Assembly: GCA_963781755.1 (NCBI GenBank)
Contig: CAWAGZ010000004.1
Location: 272,937-336,936, forward strand
Length of the DNA: 64,000 nt
Source of the DNA: an uncultured Acidobacteriota bacterium
GTDB lineage: Bacteria; Acidobacteriota; Thermoanaerobaculia; Multivoradales; JAGPDF01
Reading direction: 5' to 3'
Within the stretch, counting starts at the first letter, position 1, and each line of letters starts with the position of its first letter. Positions 61,401-64,000 of this stretch are shown here, one piece after another. Position numbers and translations under genes: made by a program. Below the pieces are notes generated by a model. That model did no database searches. It was not told where the DNA came from and worked only from the letters and a program-made list of their open reading frames with translations.

Positions 61401-61618
61401 TCGGCTGGGGCTTCGACTTCCGCCGCTTCCGCTTCGTCTCGGGCGGCGAGTCGAGCCAGTGGTGGCGGCCGATGGGCATCGCCGTGATGGCCGGCCTGGC
61501 CTTCGCCACCTTCCTGACGCTGGTGCTGGTGCCGGTGCTCTACGACCTGCTGCTCGACGCCCGCTCCCGCCTCGCCGCCCGCCGTGCCACCCGGGTGACA
61601 GTTACGTCTGTGACGTAA
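58448..61618 (+). CDS. efflux RND transporter permease (AcrB/CzcA family)
   Basis: A 1056-aa, 12-TM protein with the conserved AcrB motifs. Its last residues (..RVTVTSVT) are encoded by palindrome P5. Confidence 0.9.
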   Translation: MRLGELAVRKRATVLFALVAVAIVGSSAYVSLPRESFPDISVPNILVYTLWPGASPADVEKQLTDELERELQGIDGIKELTSTSTDSVSLVNVEFVSGTDIDFALQKVRDRVNIAKADFPDDVEEPVLRELNFSDFPILQVHLAGDVGPVELRRLAKELQDEVEAIPGVLRASLVGGVEREVRIDVDPERLRLYGLSLDDVVDTIRDENVSIPGGDLELEGQTLAVRVPGEVADPRGMESFVVKAVGGHPIQVRDVAAVSYGFKDRSSYSRIDGHESVSLSVQKRSGANIIAVTDAIKQEVRRRRATWPAGVDVTFLADQSKDIRIMVSDLENNILSGVVLVVIVLFFALGLRNALFVGAAIPLSMLLTFVVVQLAGMTLNMMVLFSLVLAVGMLVDNSIVVVDNIYRHVQEGKSPVEAATIGTREVGSAVLNSTLTTIAAFVPLFFWPGIVGDFMSILPIAVCIALAASLLVAFTANPTFAASFMKLGHDREVVVTDEARVPEGSGLGGRILTFYRGLLSWALDHRLAVVGGTLGLFVVVLALFGAFSRGVEFFPETEPRQIFASVETPPGTRLERTDAIVHELEGRLASLPDVRVTAAASGAGASGDEFSGGRSEGGDPTHGRVTLDLLDMDQRSQSSFDTLAEARRRVKGIPGATINVERPDEGPPVGAPVTIEIAGDDFAKLGEISERIRKAIADVPGLATLESDFNLARPEVVVRVDRDRAAEAQLTTSKIASTVRTAVKGTKASDFRDGEDEWDVTVRFAPDARASLADLSRLVVVNEDGRQIPLATVASVETGAALDSIRHKDRRRVVTLSGKVTKPELAQPVRDEVQRRIAAEPGLLPVGYTVRFAGASQEEDEAKAFLSKAFLYAILLVLLLIVGQFDSYAVPFIIMTSVVMSTIGVLLGLLVTGTPFGIIMTGLGVISLAGVVVNNAIVLLDYAEQMRRKGMARRTLLLVTGMRRLRPVMLTAITTILGLAPTVVGWGFDFRRFRFVSGGESSQWWRPMGIAVMAGLAFATFLTLVLVPVLYDLLLDARSRLAARRATRVTVTSVT

Positions 61619-61714
61619 CTGTCACGCACCCGAAGCCGGGTTCTTCCGGCGGCGGGACGCGCTGGATCCGGCGTTTTCCGGACGTGACAGTCACGTCCGT
61701 GACGTAACTGTCAC
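61595..61714. repeat. two palindromes of the GTGACAGTYACG family (P5 61595-61625, P6 61684-61714) between convergent genes
   Basis: P5 is GTGACAGTTACGTC-TGT-GACGTAACTGTCAC and P6 is GTGACAGTCACGTC-CGT-GACGTAACTGTCAC. Each overlaps a stop codon, of the RND gene (+) and of 61691..62251 (-). Confidence 0.8.
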
Positions 61715-62251
61715 CCGGCGGGAGAGCCACCAGCCGGCGACCAGGGCGGCGAGGGACCAGCCGACGACCTGGTCACAGAGTTGCGAAGCCAGGTACTCGC
61801 TGGGGAAGCCGTACCAGTTCCAGTACGAGAAGTCGATCGAGAGCGAGGCGAAGGCGCCGAGCGCGGCGCCGAAGGCCAGGCGGCGCCCCCAGCCGATCGG
61901 GCCCACCGCCGCCAGGACGAACGCCGCGAGCAGGCCGGCCAGGACGCTGGTCGTGGCTTCGATCGCCACGGAGCGGCCGAAGTCGAACGGCTCGCTGGCG
62001 GGAGTGATCGCCAGGATGCCGCGCGGCCGCGTGCGAAAGGCCTCCTTCATCTTCACCGGATCGGTTTCGTACGGGAAGAAGTAGAAGCCGGCCTCGGGGA
62101 CGCCGGCGGCGAGGCCGTCGAGGACGGTCGCCTGGTCGGGAAGCGCGGAGACGCCCGCTTCCCCCAGAGGCAGCAGCTCGTGGGAGATGAAGTTCCAGAC
62201 GAACACTGTCAGGCCGGCGAGCACGCCGGCGACCACCACGCGCGTTCTCAT
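61691..62251 (-). CDS. hypothetical small membrane protein
   Basis: About 186 aa from ATG 62251 (MRTRVVVAGVLAGLTVFVW), with four hydrophobic segments. Its C-terminus (RRVTVTSRT) is encoded by palindrome P6. Confidence 0.5.
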   Translation of the reverse strand: MRTRVVVAGVLAGLTVFVWNFISHELLPLGEAGVSALPDQATVLDGLAAGVPEAGFYFFPYETDPVKMKEAFRTRPRGILAITPASEPFDFGRSVAIEATTSVLAGLLAAFVLAAVGPIGWGRRLAFGAALGAFASLSIDFSYWNWYGFPSEYLASQLCDQVVGWSLAALVAGWWLSRRVTVTSRT

Positions 62252-62328
62252 CGTCCACCTCCGATGGGGACCTGCTCCGGAATCGGGTTTTCGGCGGGAG
62301 CTTACACTTGGCGCCACGGAGGTGGCCG

Positions 62329-64000
62329 ATGCGAGGAGCCTCGACCCTGCTCGCGGCGTTCGCGGGCTCGACGATCGTCCTGTGCAGCCTGCCCGCCGGG
62401 CGGGCGTCGCAGGCGGCGGATTCCACGGCGTCCGCGCAGCCCGAGGCGGCGCGGCTGGCCGGCCTGGTCGACCGCGAGTGGAGCTGGCGGCTGCGCGAGT
62501 TTCCGCTGCTGGCGACGTCGGTCGGGGTCCACGACTACGACGACCGCCTGGAGGACGCTTCGGCCGCGGCCGAGGAGCGCCGCGCCGAGGCGACCCGGGG
62601 GTTCCTCGCCGAGCTCGACGCGATCGACGCCTCGGCGCTCGACCCGGCGGACCGGATCGACGCCCGGATCTTCCGCGCCCAGCTCGCCGACCGTCTCGAC
62701 TCGCACCGGTTCCACGAGGAGCTGATGCCGGTCAACGCGGACTCCGGATTCCACACTTCGTTCGCGCTGCTGCCGCTCGGGGTGCCGCTCGCGACCGTCC
62801 GCGACTACGAGAACTACTGCGCCCGGCTCGAGGCGTTCCCGCGCTGGATGGACGACCACGTCGCCCTGATGCGGGAGGGGCTGGCGCGCGGCATCACGGT
62901 GCCGAAGGCGACGCTGGCCGGCATCGAGCGGACGATCGAGCCGCTGGCCGGGCCGGACGTCGAGAAGCACCCGCTGTGGGCGCCGTTCGCCGATTTTCCC
63001 GCGACGGTCCCGGTGCCCGAGCGCTCCCGCCTCGCGGAGCGCGGTCGGCGCGCGCTGTCCGAGGGGGTGATCCCGGGCTACCGCCGCTTCCTCGACTTCA
63101 TGGTGCACGAGTACGTGCCCGGGGCGCGCGAGACGCTGGCGGCCACGGCGCTGCCCGACGGCGAGGCGTACTACCGCTTCCTGGTGCGCGAGTACACGAC
63201 GCTCGACCGGACGCCGCGCGAGATCCACGAGCTGGGCCTCGCCGAAGTGGCGAAGATCCGCAAGCGGATGGAGGCGGTGATCGCGAAGACCGGGTTCACC
63301 GGCAGCTTCGACGAGTTTCTCCGGTTCCTGCGCACCGACCCGCGCTTCTACGCCAAGACGCCCGAGGAGCTGCTCGAGAAGGCGGCGTGGATCGCCAAGC
63401 GCATGGACGGCAAGCTGCCCAGCCTGTTCGCCACCCTGCCGCGACAGCCCTACGGCATCATGCCGGTGCCGGCGGCGCTGGCGCCCAAGTACACCTCCGG
63501 CCGCTATTCGCCGTCGCCGCGCGACTCGACCCAGCCCGGCTGGTACTGGGTCAACACCTACGCCCTCGACAAGCGTCCGCTGTTCAACCTCGAGGCGCTG
63601 ACCCTGCACGAGGCGGTTCCCGGGCACCACCTGCAGAACGCGATCGCCGAAGAGCAGGAGGATCTGCGCCCGTTCCGCCGCTACTCGTATCTCTCCGCCT
63701 ACGGCGAGGGCTGGGGGCTGTACTCGGAGTGGCTGGGGGTCGAGGCCGGCTTCTACACCGACCCCTACAGCGAGTTCGGCTTCCTGGGCTACCAGGCGTG
63801 GCGCGCGGCGCGCCTGGTGGTCGACACCGGGCTGCACGAGATGGGGTGGAGCCGCCAACGGGCGATCGACTATCTGAAGGCGAACACCTCGCTGCCCGAG
63901 GTCGAGGCGACCACCGAGGTCGACCGCTACATCTCGTGGCCCGGCCAGGCGCTCTCCTACTACCTCGGCTACCTCGAATTCCGCAAGCTGCGCGCGCGGG
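62329..64000 (+). CDS. DUF885-family protein (putative lipoprotein/metallopeptidase-like); 3' end lies outside the window
   Basis: ATG 62329 follows GGAGG. The signal peptide ends ...STIVLCS. The LHEAVPGHHLQ motif is characteristic of DUF885. The frame is open to the window end, and the ORF is absent from the supplied track because no stop falls inside the window. Confidence 0.7.
   Translation, partial: MRGASTLLAAFAGSTIVLCSLPAGRASQAADSTASAQPEAARLAGLVDREWSWRLREFPLLATSVGVHDYDDRLEDASAAAEERRAEATRGFLAELDAIDASALDPADRIDARIFRAQLADRLDSHRFHEELMPVNADSGFHTSFALLPLGVPLATVRDYENYCARLEAFPRWMDDHVALMREGLARGITVPKATLAGIERTIEPLAGPDVEKHPLWAPFADFPATVPVPERSRLAERGRRALSEGVIPGYRRFLDFMVHEYVPGARETLAATALPDGEAYYRFLVREYTTLDRTPREIHELGLAEVAKIRKRMEAVIAKTGFTGSFDEFLRFLRTDPRFYAKTPEELLEKAAWIAKRMDGKLPSLFATLPRQPYGIMPVPAALAPKYTSGRYSPSPRDSTQPGWYWVNTYALDKRPLFNLEALTLHEAVPGHHLQNAIAEEQEDLRPFRRYSYLSAYGEGWGLYSEWLGVEAGFYTDPYSEFGFLGYQAWRAARLVVDTGLHEMGWSRQRAIDYLKANTSLPEVEATTEVDRYISWPGQALSYYLGYLEFRKLRAR

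Noticed and set aside
55977-61707. Long ORFs antisense or out of frame to the efflux operon (55977..57695 -, 57995..60871 -, 58597..61707 +)
   Set aside because: Their composition is Arg/Gly/Asp low-complexity. The TolC, MFP and RND genes in the other frames have unmistakable family sequence.
62302-63858. 518-aa minus-strand ORF
   Set aside because: It is antisense to the DUF885 gene 62329..64000+ (HEAVPGHH motif, signal peptide). Its composition is Arg/Gly/Val-rich.

Overview
This is a high-GC (about 70%) bacterial chromosomal segment. Gene content (NodU-type carbamoyltransferase, CSLREA beta-helix protein, giant C25-peptidase protein, DUF885) suggests a soil Acidobacteriota- or Myxococcota-like organism, but that is only an inference. 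From 1 to 30.3 kb there is a large surface-polysaccharide (EPS/O-antigen-type) biosynthesis locus. It contains an AsnB-like amidotransferase, a Wzx-like flippase, about ten GT4 glycosyltransferases, one GT2, a Wzy-like polymerase, a WecA-type initiating transferase, GDP-fucose synthase, three methyltransferases, a carbamoyltransferase, a membrane-anchored sulfatase-family protein and a GT39/ArnT-like membrane protein. From 30.8 to 37.2 kb lies metF-metH, preceded by a candidate SAM-type riboswitch with a terminator, plus a secreted protein. From 37.2 to 39.6 kb there is a low-GC island (about 50% GC) carrying a secreted GH5-like hydrolase. From 39.7 to 45.1 kb there are large secreted proteins; three of them end in the same 18-residue C-terminal tail. 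From 45.6 to 48.5 kb there is a small operon of an S24/S26-type peptidase, an HprK-related kinase, a PqqD-family protein and a radical SAM/SPASM enzyme, with no obvious precursor peptide. I regard this operon as the most interesting candidate system in the window. From 49.1 to 53.9 kb there is a 1596-aa secreted protein with a C-terminal C25 (gingipain-like) peptidase domain. From 54.1 to 61.6 kb there are small proteins followed by a TetR-TolC-MFP-RND efflux operon. From 62.3 kb a DUF885 protein runs off the window. A family of structured composite repeats (a GTGACAGTYACG...CGTRACTGTCAC palindrome plus a roughly 110-bp hairpin-containing module) occupies several intergenic regions. At least seven genes are interrupted by +1 frameshifts, each consistent with a single extra base in a short homopolymer. 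These are probably sequence errors, but could be pseudogenes. Many long ORFs in the supplied track are antisense or out-of-frame artefacts of the high GC content and were not called.
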